Positions 11,035-24,473 of a DNA stretch of 64,000 nucleotides are shown here, piece after piece; the first letter of the stretch is position 1; every line of letters starts with the position of its first letter. The translations under genes and the position numbers were made by a program. The notes beneath the pieces were generated by a model, which saw nothing but the letters and a program-made list of their open reading frames with translations, was not told where the DNA came from and did no database searches. Where the stretch lies: NCBI RefSeq assembly GCF_048403405.1, contig NZ_CP183129.1; one strand, 5' to 3'. This DNA is from Escherichia coli. Its GTDB lineage: Bacteria > Pseudomonadota > Gammaproteobacteria > Enterobacterales > Enterobacteriaceae.

Positions 11035-11412
11035 TTAGTCATACTGTATTTGCGGAGAAACTGTTGATAAAACATCAATAACATCATTTGACGTGGCAAT
11101 GACATAATGCTCGATCACATTATTTTTATAAATTTCACAACTTTGCATAGTAAACCATGCAAAGTAGGCGGAATTCACTACTCTATAGATCCCCGTTTGG
11201 TTAATACCGTGAATTCCTGACATTCCTAACAAATCACCTTCGTCAGTAACACGAAATGAATGTATCCAGTCAAATGATAACTTAACTTCTGACTTGATCG
11301 CCGGACATATGAGGGTAAGTTCAAGCCTGGCATTTTTATAGCTTAAATCTGATAGTTCGGCATTTTTAAAAGACAATGAAGTCGGAGTGATATTTATAAA
11401 ACATTCATCCAT
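11035..11412 (-). CDS. hypothetical small protein (islet ORF-A, 125 aa)
   Basis: ATG preceded by AGGGG SD; very AT-rich; no TM segment or recognised motif. Confidence 0.55.
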   Translation of the reverse strand: MDECFINITPTSLSFKNAELSDLSYKNARLELTLICPAIKSEVKLSFDWIHSFRVTDEGDLLGMSGIHGINQTGIYRVVNSAYFAWFTMQSCEIYKNNVIEHYVIATSNDVIDVLSTVSPQIQYD

Positions 11413-11531
11413 GTTAATACCCCTTCATATATGAGACTGCTCTCGATAGACGACACATTAACCTTCTGCAAAAACGGTGCGAGTCTGTTTACGTACCATG
11501 TATAATCGATGGACATTACTGTGATTTGAAA

Positions 11532-11981
11532 TTACCTTGTCCAGTCATCAACCATTTTTTTCAGGGGGAACATCTGCAATACATTCATTAATGCGAAATA
11601 TAATTCCCCCTGTGGCACCAATATTCTAATCTTCTCATCCCCTAAAATGAAAAATTGCAATTGACGTTTGAAACCTAATGTTTTATCTTCAGGTAATTCA
11701 GCTTGTATTTTTTTATTGATATCATCAAGGTAGATGTGATGACAATACTCATCAAACATACTCATTACTTCCAGACCGTTTACAGATGTCCATCTTTGTT
11801 CACTTTCCCAATAAACAAGAACCGGTTTGCGGCAGGTATATCTGCCTAAAAAGCGCTGAATGTGTTCTTCCTGATTCTCGTAAAATATTGCCTCTGCATT
11901 CGAGATTTGCCGACGCATTCGCCAGCGGATTTTTTCTTCATAAAAAGACAATTTGTCGCATTTGGTATTACTCAAATTCAT
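11532..11981 (-). CDS. hypothetical small protein (islet ORF-B, 149 aa from MNLSNTK)
   Basis: ATG at 11981 overlaps the stop of ORF-C by 11 nt (coupling geometry); the track start is a TTG 9 nt upstream. Confidence 0.5.
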   Translation of the reverse strand: MNLSNTKCDKLSFYEEKIRWRMRRQISNAEAIFYENQEEHIQRFLGRYTCRKPVLVYWESEQRWTSVNGLEVMSMFDEYCHHIYLDDINKKIQAELPEDKTLGFKRQLQFFILGDEKIRILVPQGELYFALMNVLQMFPLKKMVDDWTR

Positions 11982-12360
11982 TGTCAACAACTCGCATGGT
12001 TTTAAATATAAAATTTAAAAAACCGCCAAACAAATGAAGTGAAATTTCATACTTCTTTGCCTTATAAACAATTACCGCATCTTTAATATTACCTGCATTT
12101 TGGTTATCTATAAGTTCAGCAATATCCATAACCTGCGATAAATGTTCCACTCCCGTAAACTCGAACCTTTTTCGTTCCCTTCCGGCTGTAAATTCATCAA
12201 CATAAAGTTCTGCCGTCAATATAAAATTATACTCGGTGTGGTGACATTCCATTCTGGTTTCTACTAAAACACCATCATGCCAGATAATATTGTCTAAATT
12301 TTTCATACTATTAATCCAATCCATTACTTTCTGATAAAATTTCCTCTGGAAGTTTTTCAT
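11968..12360 (-). CDS. hypothetical small protein (islet ORF-C, up to 130 aa)
   Basis: open frame with three candidate ATG starts (M1, M13, M19), none with a strong SD; AT-rich. Confidence 0.45.
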   Translation of the reverse strand: MKNFQRKFYQKVMDWINSMKNLDNIIWHDGVLVETRMECHHTEYNFILTAELYVDEFTAGRERKRFEFTGVEHLSQVMDIAELIDNQNAGNIKDAVIVYKAKKYEISLHLFGGFLNFIFKTMRVVDNEFE

Positions 12361-12537
12361 AGAAAGAGATTAAAGCCTGACCGACGCAATCAAGCTCTAT
12401 TATTCGCTCATAATACGATCTCATTAAAATATCATGCTTACTCATTGCAATACGTCCTGTTTACCATGGGCAGAGTATGAATGTAACTTATGTAAAATAG
12501 TACCGCCCTTGCTATTTTTCAGAATTCATAAAGAAAA

Positions 12538-12566
12538 AACCCGGCGCTAAATGCTTACCGGGTTTT
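12538..12566 (-). terminator. rho-independent terminator downstream of hrpA
   Basis: stem AACCCGG/CCGGGTT with 13-nt loop, followed on the minus strand by a run of 6 T; lies 25-50 nt past the hrpA stop. Confidence 0.75.
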
Positions 12567-12590
12567 AGATTTATCAGGCAAATAGCAGTG

Positions 12591-15500
12591 TTAACCGCTA
12601 ATCTGCTCCATCGCCTGCAAAATACGCTTATCTGAAATCGGATAAGGCGTACCAAGTTGTTGAGCGAAGTAACTAACGCGCAACTCTTCTATCATCCAAC
12701 GGATCTCTTTCACGTCTTCATCCTCACGACGTGCGGGCGGCAGTTTGTTGATCCATTGCTGCCACGCCTGCTGGACATTTTCGACTTTCAGCATCTGAGC
12801 ACGGTCGCGATGTGGGTCAACCGCCAGTTTTTCCAGCCGTTTTTCAATCGCCTGCAAATAACGCAGCGTGTCGCCCAACCGTTTGAAGCCGTTACTAGTG
12901 ACAAAACCGCGATATACCAACCCGCCCATCTGCGCTTTAATGTCAGAAAGCCCCAGCGCCATGGTCATATCCACCCGCCCTTTCAGACGTTTATTGATAT
13001 TGAACACCGCAGTAAGGATTTGCTCGACCTGCTTCGCAATATCCACCACCGTGTCGTTCAGTTCAGCGCGGACTTTTTCATGCAGCGCAGCAAAACCTTC
13101 TTCCGTCCAGACCGGGCCACCATTGGCGTCGATCAGTTGATCCACACCGCAGGAGATACAGTCGTCGATCAGCTCCAGCACTTTGCCATACGGGTTAAAG
13201 TACAGCCCCAGCTTGGCTTTGTTTGGCAACTTCTCATGCAAATATTTGATTGGCGAGGGAATATTCAGCAGCAGTAGACGGCGAAGACCGTTCCACATTG
13301 CCTGCTTTTGTTCCAGCGGATTATCAAACAGTTTGATCGCCACGCTGTCGCGTTCATCCACTAGCGCTGGCCACGCCTTCACTTTATAGTTGCCACGCTT
13401 CTGTTCGTAGCTTTCCGGCAGCTGACCAAAACTCCAGATATGTAAGCCGCTCTGCTCGATACCGTCATCCGCCACCGCAGACAGCGTTTCCTGCACTTTG
13501 CCTTTCAGCGCATCTTTCAGATCTTGTAGAGAGCGCCCTTCTTTTAGCTTCTTGTTTTTGTCATCCACCACACGGAAGGTGATTTTCAGGTGATCGGGCA
13601 CCTGATCCCAGTGCCAGTCTTCGCGGTCAACGGTGACGCCAGTCATCCGCCGTAGCTCTCGTTCAAGGCTGTCGAGCAACGGCAATTCCAGCGGTGTGAC
13701 GCGGCCTAAAAAAGCTTCGGCGTAGTTTGGCGCGGGCACAAAATTACGCCGTACCGGTTTCGGCAACGATTTAATCAGAGCAATCACCAGTTCGCGGCGC
13801 AGACCGGGGATCTGCCACTCAAATCCGCTCTCCTCCACCTGGTTAAGTAACGGCAGCGGGATATGTACCGTCACGCCGTCCGCATCCGCCCCTGGCTCAA
13901 ACTGATAACTCAAACGCAGCTTGAGATTGCCCTGATGCCAGAAGTTCGGGTAATCCAGCTTGCTGATCTTTTCCGCCCCTTCTTTGATCAACATGCTCTT
14001 TTCAAAGTTGAGCAAATCAGGCGTTTCGCGGCTGACTTTTTTCCACCAGCTGTCGAAGTGACGTGCGGAGATCACATCGTGGCTGATGCGCTGGTCGTAA
14101 AACTCAAACAGCGTTTCGTCATCCACCAGAATATCGCGGCGACGTGTTTTGTGTTCCAGTTCTTCCACTTCGGCCCGTAGTTTCAGGTTTTCACGGAAGA
14201 ATGCGTGACGCGTCTGCCAGTCACCTTCCACCAGCGCGTGGCGAATAAAGAGTTCACGACATAACGCCGGATCGATCTGGCTGTAGTTGACCTTGCGCGC
14301 GGCAACAATCGGCAAGCCATAAACAGTGACTTTTTCCGTTGCCATCACCGCGCCCTGCGCCCGTTCCCAGTGCGGTTCGCTGTAGATGCGTTTAATCAAA
14401 TGCTGAGCAACTGGCTCCACCCATTCTGGATCGATGCGTGCCGCAATGCGCCCCCACAGGCGGCTGGTTTCTACCAGTTCCGCCACCATTACCCATTTCG
14501 GCGGCTTTTTAAATAAGCCGGAACCGGGGAAAATGGAGAAACGCGCGTTACGTGCGCCGGTATATTCTTGTTTATCGGCATCTTTCATGCCGATATGGGA
14601 AAGCAAACCGGTCAGTAAGGCGATGTGAATTTCGCGATACTCCGCCGGTTCGCTGTTAACCGGAATGCCAAGTTCTTTTACCACCTGGCGCAACTGGGTG
14701 TAGATATCCTGCCATTCGCGCACGCGCAGATAGTTGAGATAATCGGTACGACACAGGCGACGGAAAGCGTTGGAAGAAAGCGCCTTTTGCTGCTCGCCAA
14801 GATAATTCCACAGATTTACAAACGCGAGGAAGTCGGATTCTTTGTCGTGGAAGCGACGATGTTTTTCGTCCGATGCCTGCTGTTTGTCCATCGGTCGTTC
14901 GCGCGGATCCTGGATGGAGAGCGCGGACGTGATAATCATCGCCTCACGCACGCAGCCATGTTTTTGCGCTTCCAGCACCATACGCGCCAGACGAGGATCG
15001 ACAGGCAATTGCGAAAGCTGGCGACCGAGCGGCGTCAGTTTATAGGCGCTGGCCTGTTCATCAGTGGTGATCGCGCCCAGCTCTTCGAGCAGACGCACGC
15101 CATCCTGGATATTACGTTTATCCGGTGCTTCGACAAATGGGAACGCGGCGATATCGCCCAACCCCAGCGCGGTCATCTGTAAAATAACCGAGGCCAGGTT
15201 GGTACGCAGAATCTCCGGATCGGTAAACTCCGGGCGCGAGAGGAAATCGTCTTCGGAATAGAGACGAATACAGATCCCTTCGGACACACGACCACAGCGG
15301 CCTTTACGCTGGTTGGCAGACGCCTGCGAAATGGGCTCAATCGGCAAACGCTGCACTTTGGTGCGATAGCTGTAGCGGCTGATACGCGCCGTACCTGGGT
15401 CGATAACGTATTTAATCCCCGGTACGGTCAGCGACGTTTCCGCGACGTTGGTCGCCAGCACAATGCGCCGTCCACTGTGCGACTGGAACACGCGGTTCTG

Positions 15501-16493
15501 TTCGCTGTTCGAAAGCCGCGCATAAAGCGGCAAGATTTCGGTATGGCGTAAGTTCAGCTTGTTCAGCGCATCGGCGGTATCGCGAATTTCCCGCTCACCG
15601 CTCATAAAGATCAGAATGTCGCCGGGACTTTCCTGGCTCAGTTCGTCTACGGCGTCAAAAATCGCCTGCAACTGATCGCGCTCGGTGTCATCGGCTTCTT
15701 CAACAATCGGGCGATAGCGCACTTCCACCGGATAGGTCCGACCGGAGACTTCGATAATCGGCGCATTATTAAAGTGGCGCGAAAAGCGTTCCGGGTCGAT
15801 AGTCGCGGAAGTGATAATGATTTTTAGGTCAGGACGCCGCGGTAGCAACTCTTTCAAATAGCCGAGCAGAAAATCGATATTCAGGCTGCGTTCGTGCGCT
15901 TCGTCAATAATGATAGTGTCGTACTGCATCAGCAGGCGGTCTTGCTGGATCTCCGCCAGCAGGATACCGTCGGTCATCAGCTTGACCATCGTGTTATCAC
16001 TAACGTGATCACTGAAACGCACTTTGTAACCGATGCAACCGCCCGGCTCCGTTTTCAGCTCTTCCGCAATACGGTTCGCCACCGTTCGTGCCGCCAGGCG
16101 ACGCGGCTGGGTATGGCCGATCAGCCCTTTAATCCCGCGCCCCAGTTCCATACAGATTTTCGGTAGCTGAGTCGTCTTACCGGAACCGGTTTCCCCGGCG
16201 ACGATCACCACCTGGTGATCACGAATCGCTTCGAGAATGTCCTTCTTTTTCTGACTAACTGGCAAATTGTCGGGATAAGTGATTTCCGGTCGTGCCGCTT
16301 CACGCAGCAGGACTTTCCCTGCCGCCTGGTCAATCTCTTTCGCCATCTCCTGGAAAATGGCCTGTTGTGCATCAGGATTTTTAACCTTCTTCACACCGTG
16401 CAGACGGCGTAAAAAACGCTGTCTGTCGCGCAGCATCAGCGAATCCAGCCGCTGCTGCAAGGCTGTAAAGGTCAATTTTTGTTGTTCTGTCAT
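12591..16493 (-). CDS. hrpA: ATP-dependent RNA helicase HrpA (DEAH box)
   Basis: 1300 aa; GETGSGKTTQ and DEAHER motifs. Confidence 0.95.
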   Translation of the reverse strand: MTEQQKLTFTALQQRLDSLMLRDRQRFLRRLHGVKKVKNPDAQQAIFQEMAKEIDQAAGKVLLREAARPEITYPDNLPVSQKKKDILEAIRDHQVVIVAGETGSGKTTQLPKICMELGRGIKGLIGHTQPRRLAARTVANRIAEELKTEPGGCIGYKVRFSDHVSDNTMVKLMTDGILLAEIQQDRLLMQYDTIIIDEAHERSLNIDFLLGYLKELLPRRPDLKIIITSATIDPERFSRHFNNAPIIEVSGRTYPVEVRYRPIVEEADDTERDQLQAIFDAVDELSQESPGDILIFMSGEREIRDTADALNKLNLRHTEILPLYARLSNSEQNRVFQSHSGRRIVLATNVAETSLTVPGIKYVIDPGTARISRYSYRTKVQRLPIEPISQASANQRKGRCGRVSEGICIRLYSEDDFLSRPEFTDPEILRTNLASVILQMTALGLGDIAAFPFVEAPDKRNIQDGVRLLEELGAITTDEQASAYKLTPLGRQLSQLPVDPRLARMVLEAQKHGCVREAMIITSALSIQDPRERPMDKQQASDEKHRRFHDKESDFLAFVNLWNYLGEQQKALSSNAFRRLCRTDYLNYLRVREWQDIYTQLRQVVKELGIPVNSEPAEYREIHIALLTGLLSHIGMKDADKQEYTGARNARFSIFPGSGLFKKPPKWVMVAELVETSRLWGRIAARIDPEWVEPVAQHLIKRIYSEPHWERAQGAVMATEKVTVYGLPIVAARKVNYSQIDPALCRELFIRHALVEGDWQTRHAFFRENLKLRAEVEELEHKTRRRDILVDDETLFEFYDQRISHDVISARHFDSWWKKVSRETPDLLNFEKSMLIKEGAEKISKLDYPNFWHQGNLKLRLSYQFEPGADADGVTVHIPLPLLNQVEESGFEWQIPGLRRELVIALIKSLPKPVRRNFVPAPNYAEAFLGRVTPLELPLLDSLERELRRMTGVTVDREDWHWDQVPDHLKITFRVVDDKNKKLKEGRSLQDLKDALKGKVQETLSAVADDGIEQSGLHIWSFGQLPESYEQKRGNYKVKAWPALVDERDSVAIKLFDNPLEQKQAMWNGLRRLLLLNIPSPIKYLHEKLPNKAKLGLYFNPYGKVLELIDDCISCGVDQLIDANGGPVWTEEGFAALHEKVRAELNDTVVDIAKQVEQILTAVFNINKRLKGRVDMTMALGLSDIKAQMGGLVYRGFVTSNGFKRLGDTLRYLQAIEKRLEKLAVDPHRDRAQMLKVENVQQAWQQWINKLPPARREDEDVKEIRWMIEELRVSYFAQQLGTPYPISDKRILQAMEQISG

Positions 16494-16684
16494 AACGTTA
16501 GTGGGCAGTAGTCTGCCTGATTAATTTTCTTTTAAATGATAGATATAGAGTACCACATCGCGGCTTTCTATGCGTTGTTCAATAAATTCGAACATAGGCT
16601 TCGATTTATTGCGCTATCTCTGTGGCAGGATTGTGAATAAAGTGTCAGCAAGCAACGGGGCATCGCCCATTCAAACATCTATAA

Positions 16685-17299
<615 letters not shown>

Positions 17300-17313
17300 C
17301 CGGACACGGTCTT

Positions 17314-17343
17314 GATGTGGACTGTAGATATTCAGTCCACATC
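17314..17343. terminator. 10-bp hairpin between convergent azoR and ynbD
   Basis: gatgtggact / agtccacatc perfect stem; no clear T-tract. Confidence 0.4.
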
Positions 17344-17352
17344 TCAATCCGC

Positions 17353-20416
<3,064 letters not shown>

Positions 20417-20431
20417 TTTCTCTATTTTCCT

Positions 20432-21328
20432 TCAGTAACAGCAGTAGCGAATAAAATAAAAAAATACCGGAGCGGTGAAAATTAATGAGTCAATCCTGTC
20501 AAGGAGTCCGCCATGTCCTGGTAATAGTTTTCCACTATCTTTAACACCAATATCTCGTTTGATGGCTGACATCACTACATCGCCGCAAAAACCACTAATA
20601 CCAATTAACAAACCCGTTAATAATGCCTGTAATGTATTTACCGGTGTCAGTAACGGTCCAATAATCAGTGACACAATCATGGTAGTGATTACGCCCCCCA
20701 CCAGACCTTCCAGCGTTTTTCCCGGGCTGACTTTGGGGACCACTTTTCTTCTGCCGCAGGATTTCCCCCATAAATACTGTGCAATATCGTTTGACTCGGT
20801 TAATGCCAAAAGAAATAACACCAGTAACGCCTCGCCCTGGATATTTATGGTTGGCAACATTAACAACCAGGCGGCATGACTCAAGGCGAAAACGATCATT
20901 ATCCAGCCCCAAAAAATGGCGCTCACAGTATGCAGAAAACCGGAGGGGTCCCCCACAAAAACTTGCCCGGTGGCTAATATCAGAAACCCAGCCAAAGGTA
21001 TAAATAACAGATACAGCTCAAAGCAATTAAAACCGATAAACAAATAGTTAAGAGGAATACCCCAATATAACCAACGCGGAAAATGTACAGATATAAGCGT
21101 ACAATATTCTTTCAATGCCAGAAAACTTATCAGCGCAAAAAACGTCAACGTCATCCAGCGTGGACCTGAAATCACCATTGAAAAACAAATGACGATGCCC
21201 CACCAGGTACGAATACGTAATGTAACTTCATCCCCTTTTCTCTCCGGTAACCGCCATATCAGAAAACGGTTTATCAGCGTTGCTAAAATTAACAACGCGA
21301 AAAGTGTTGCCAGAGATTTTTCCAGCAT
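20432..21328 (-). CDS. ynbB: CDP-diglyceride synthase-family membrane protein YnbB
   Basis: 298 aa polytopic protein; synteny. Confidence 0.85.
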   Translation of the reverse strand: MLEKSLATLFALLILATLINRFLIWRLPERKGDEVTLRIRTWWGIVICFSMVISGPRWMTLTFFALISFLALKEYCTLISVHFPRWLYWGIPLNYLFIGFNCFELYLLFIPLAGFLILATGQVFVGDPSGFLHTVSAIFWGWIMIVFALSHAAWLLMLPTINIQGEALLVLFLLALTESNDIAQYLWGKSCGRRKVVPKVSPGKTLEGLVGGVITTMIVSLIIGPLLTPVNTLQALLTGLLIGISGFCGDVVMSAIKRDIGVKDSGKLLPGHGGLLDRIDSLIFTAPVFFYFIRYCCY

Positions 21329-21933
21329 TATCTTTCAGCACTCATCAGGAGCACACTCCGACAACGATTAATCGCAGTCCAGATAAGCAGAATTGAAGCA
21401 ATGCCCCATAAAAGATTATTCCATTGCATCCACTGTGGATAAATGGCAACGGCCAGCCCCCACAACCCAAATATTAACGCACGATCGCTTTTGCCGAATG
21501 GACCGGCATAACTGCGAATACCGTTAATCGTCTGCGCGAGTAAACCGCAAAACTCAGTCAATATGGTGCAAAATAACATGAGTATTACGAGTGGTGCGTT
21601 TCTTTCCGGTAAAAATAAAAACGGTAAATAGAGCGCAATATCGGAAATAACATCGCCAGTTTCATTCAAAATCGCCCCCAGACGTGTTTGCTGATTGCAC
21701 TCACGCGCCAACATGCCATCCAGCGCATTGAGCGCCATACGGATAAAAAGTACGATGGGCAATAGCAAAAAGAGGATGGGTTGTGCGACCAACATCAACA
21801 GCAATCCGGTAAAAAGAGAAAGCGCCAGTGCAGTAAGAGTGATGTGATTCGCTGTAACATGGTGCTTATAAAGCCAAAACATCGTCGGTCTTAACAGCGT
21901 CTGAAAGAGCGGTTTTATCTGGTAGAGCGTCAT
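21328..21933 (-). CDS. ynbA: CDP-alcohol phosphatidyltransferase-family protein YnbA
   Basis: 201 aa from MTLYQIK; membrane protein; synteny. Confidence 0.85.
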   Translation of the reverse strand: MTLYQIKPLFQTLLRPTMFWLYKHHVTANHITLTALALSLFTGLLLMLVAQPILFLLLPIVLFIRMALNALDGMLARECNQQTRLGAILNETGDVISDIALYLPFLFLPERNAPLVILMLFCTILTEFCGLLAQTINGIRSYAGPFGKSDRALIFGLWGLAVAIYPQWMQWNNLLWGIASILLIWTAINRCRSVLLMSAER

Positions 21934-22103
21934 TATCAATCCTTGATAATTCTGTTTGCGCTATGGTGCATCAATTGCCCTGACAGAGATATCGCAACAC
22001 GCCGCTTCATTAAAAATTCAGAATATATCAAGGTATTGGGGACTCACCGTCAGGAATGCTTATCCCCAATAAATCAAGTGGTTAAAAATTATCACGCTGT
22101 TAT

Positions 22104-24410
22104 TCAATACAACTCATCAAGTTTTCTCATCGCTTGTTCCCGTATTGCGCGCGTCTTACCGTTAAGCGCCAGCTGCCGAACTAAATCCAGTTCAGGGTTA
22201 ACAAGCTCTAACGCCAGCAAAGGATCACGTTTCAGCCTCGCCTTTAATATATCAACTGGAAAACGGGGATTATTCATCGCCACAATCCACCACTCGGGAT
22301 CAATTTCTGCCGCCAGTACTGCAGGCGGTGTGTGGTGGTTGTTAAGTGCGCCGAACTTGAAAAATGTGAGATTGCTTTTCGCCAGTGTACTCCACCATAT
22401 ACGATCCGGTTGTTTTGCCAGTTTATCCAGTTGTGCTAATGCATCGGGGTCAAGTGCATAATAAACACGTAACGCTTCGTTAACCTGCGCACGAGAGCTG
22501 TTTTCCTGCCTCAGAAAAAACTTCGCCCAAATATCATTGCGTGGTATATTTTGCTGTAATTCCTTGAGGACAACAGCGGGTAAATTATCCCAACTAACTA
22601 ATGCACTCTCTAAAAAGTCCCAGCCTTCCGAACGTATCAGAGAGGTGGCATTTAATAGCATCTGGTCATCAACTTCACCGTGGCTAATCAGCTCAGACAA
22701 AATCATATCAGCGCTGGTTTCATATGCTGCAGAATCTGCTTTCGGATTATTTTTCCGATGCGATAAAGCACGTTGCCAAATTTTTTGTTTCATCGACGTG
22801 CTCAGATACTGATTTTTCGCCAAATTACTCCACCCCTCAGGATCGTTGAAACGTGTCAATAACCGTTGTAAAGCAGCGTCAGAGTGAATTATCTGCATAT
22901 CCCGACAGCAAAAGTAGGCAGGGGATTTTTTCTCCATCCTTTTAACAAAATTAAACTGTAAGTTATCTGGCAACGCTAAAAATAACGTACCTATTAGATC
23001 ATCATCATTCTCGAATTTTTGGTATAAATATACTGCTATTTTGTGACTCTCTTGTGGCGTCATCCGCAACAATTGACCATGGTGTTTCATCTCTGCCAGC
23101 TTTGACGCTAAGCTTGTGACAACATCGTTTGATGAATCGTTCGCCAACTGCATTGCCTGATTGTAGCTGAGTTGTCCTCCAGCACCGACCTGACGAATAG
23201 AGGAATCATCTCTGCGGATATAGCCATCAATAATGGATTCGGGCAATAACCACGCATCTTTATAAAGCTCCTGAATGATCATATCCCAATCTCTTTTCGC
23301 CAGAGTCATGACGATATCCAGAGGGAGATTTTCACGTAGCGCAAGATTCAACGGACCGACACCATCAGGTAGATGACTCATTCGCGTCATTATTTCGACA
23401 GAGAGCGGTTCACGGTCGAGCAACCCCAGAACAACAGGCTGGTAACCCAATTGCTGATCGGTCAACTCCAGAATCTCATTGTCAGGCATATATCTCGCCA
23501 TACTTTCAATCGTTTGTTCATCATTGCTATTAATAAGTTGTTTGCGTAGGTTAGCTGAAATTCCTTTAAGCCTTGGGAGAGTTCGCATTATGGCAAGATC
23601 AAATGTCGCAATGTCTCGCCCTTCAAATGCAGCAACTTTGCCTTCATCCAGCATTTGCAATTCCTGCACTAATTCAGGTGAAGGCTTAGGGCGAAACAGC
23701 GCTTCTTTTTTCATCTGATTACAGACATTCCCTGCTATGCGAATATTGCTTCGCTTAAAAATTTCTTTCAGAGCATCTTCATCATTTATTAGGCCCCAAT
23801 AATATGCATCAGGATTTATTATCGTCAGCGCTTTTTTGACATTTTCAGTGTCATTTTTGTCTCCCGCACGGACCATGAATTCACTATTTGTCGAAGACAC
23901 AACAACAGGTGCAATTATGTCATTGATAAATATCCCGCGCGCATTAATACTTCCCTTAATCGTAGACGGATTATCGTAATATGAGTCGATAAATACCAGT
24001 CCACTTGCATTTATCGAACCGGTAATTAACAGTGGTGAATCCGTAACTATATTCGTTGCCGTCACGTTACCGAGAATAACCCATGGATTAGAAAGAGAGA
24101 AAGTGGAAATATTACCTTTGACTGTCAAATTGCCAAGAACAATCAATTTTTGATTACTCTCTATATTACCTTCTACCACTAAATCGCCACGATGCACTTT
24201 CCAGTCCGATGCAGATAAACCGAAGGGGACAAGATTCACGCTACTGTTGATAGCTTGTTCAACTTGTTGTTTATCTTCAGCGGTAGCCGCAGAAAAAAAT
24301 GGTTCAATATCAACTGCATTTGCAACACATCGAAGTTCCGCCTGTACTGGAAGACTCAGCATAAACAGGGGAAGTAAACCTATCCAGCTGCAAATCCTGG
24401 GCTTAAACAT
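22104..24410 (-). CDS. ydbD: uncharacterised exported protein YdbD
   Basis: 768 aa from MFKPR with signal peptide; synteny. Confidence 0.85.
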   Translation of the reverse strand: MFKPRICSWIGLLPLFMLSLPVQAELRCVANAVDIEPFFSAATAEDKQQVEQAINSSVNLVPFGLSASDWKVHRGDLVVEGNIESNQKLIVLGNLTVKGNISTFSLSNPWVILGNVTATNIVTDSPLLITGSINASGLVFIDSYYDNPSTIKGSINARGIFINDIIAPVVVSSTNSEFMVRAGDKNDTENVKKALTIINPDAYYWGLINDEDALKEIFKRSNIRIAGNVCNQMKKEALFRPKPSPELVQELQMLDEGKVAAFEGRDIATFDLAIMRTLPRLKGISANLRKQLINSNDEQTIESMARYMPDNEILELTDQQLGYQPVVLGLLDREPLSVEIMTRMSHLPDGVGPLNLALRENLPLDIVMTLAKRDWDMIIQELYKDAWLLPESIIDGYIRRDDSSIRQVGAGGQLSYNQAMQLANDSSNDVVTSLASKLAEMKHHGQLLRMTPQESHKIAVYLYQKFENDDDLIGTLFLALPDNLQFNFVKRMEKKSPAYFCCRDMQIIHSDAALQRLLTRFNDPEGWSNLAKNQYLSTSMKQKIWQRALSHRKNNPKADSAAYETSADMILSELISHGEVDDQMLLNATSLIRSEGWDFLESALVSWDNLPAVVLKELQQNIPRNDIWAKFFLRQENSSRAQVNEALRVYYALDPDALAQLDKLAKQPDRIWWSTLAKSNLTFFKFGALNNHHTPPAVLAAEIDPEWWIVAMNNPRFPVDILKARLKRDPLLALELVNPELDLVRQLALNGKTRAIREQAMRKLDELY

Positions 24411-24473
24411 ATGCACTCCATGCCATTAAAAAAGAAACAAAAGGGAAATGCATCTTTCCCTTTTGTATATTCG

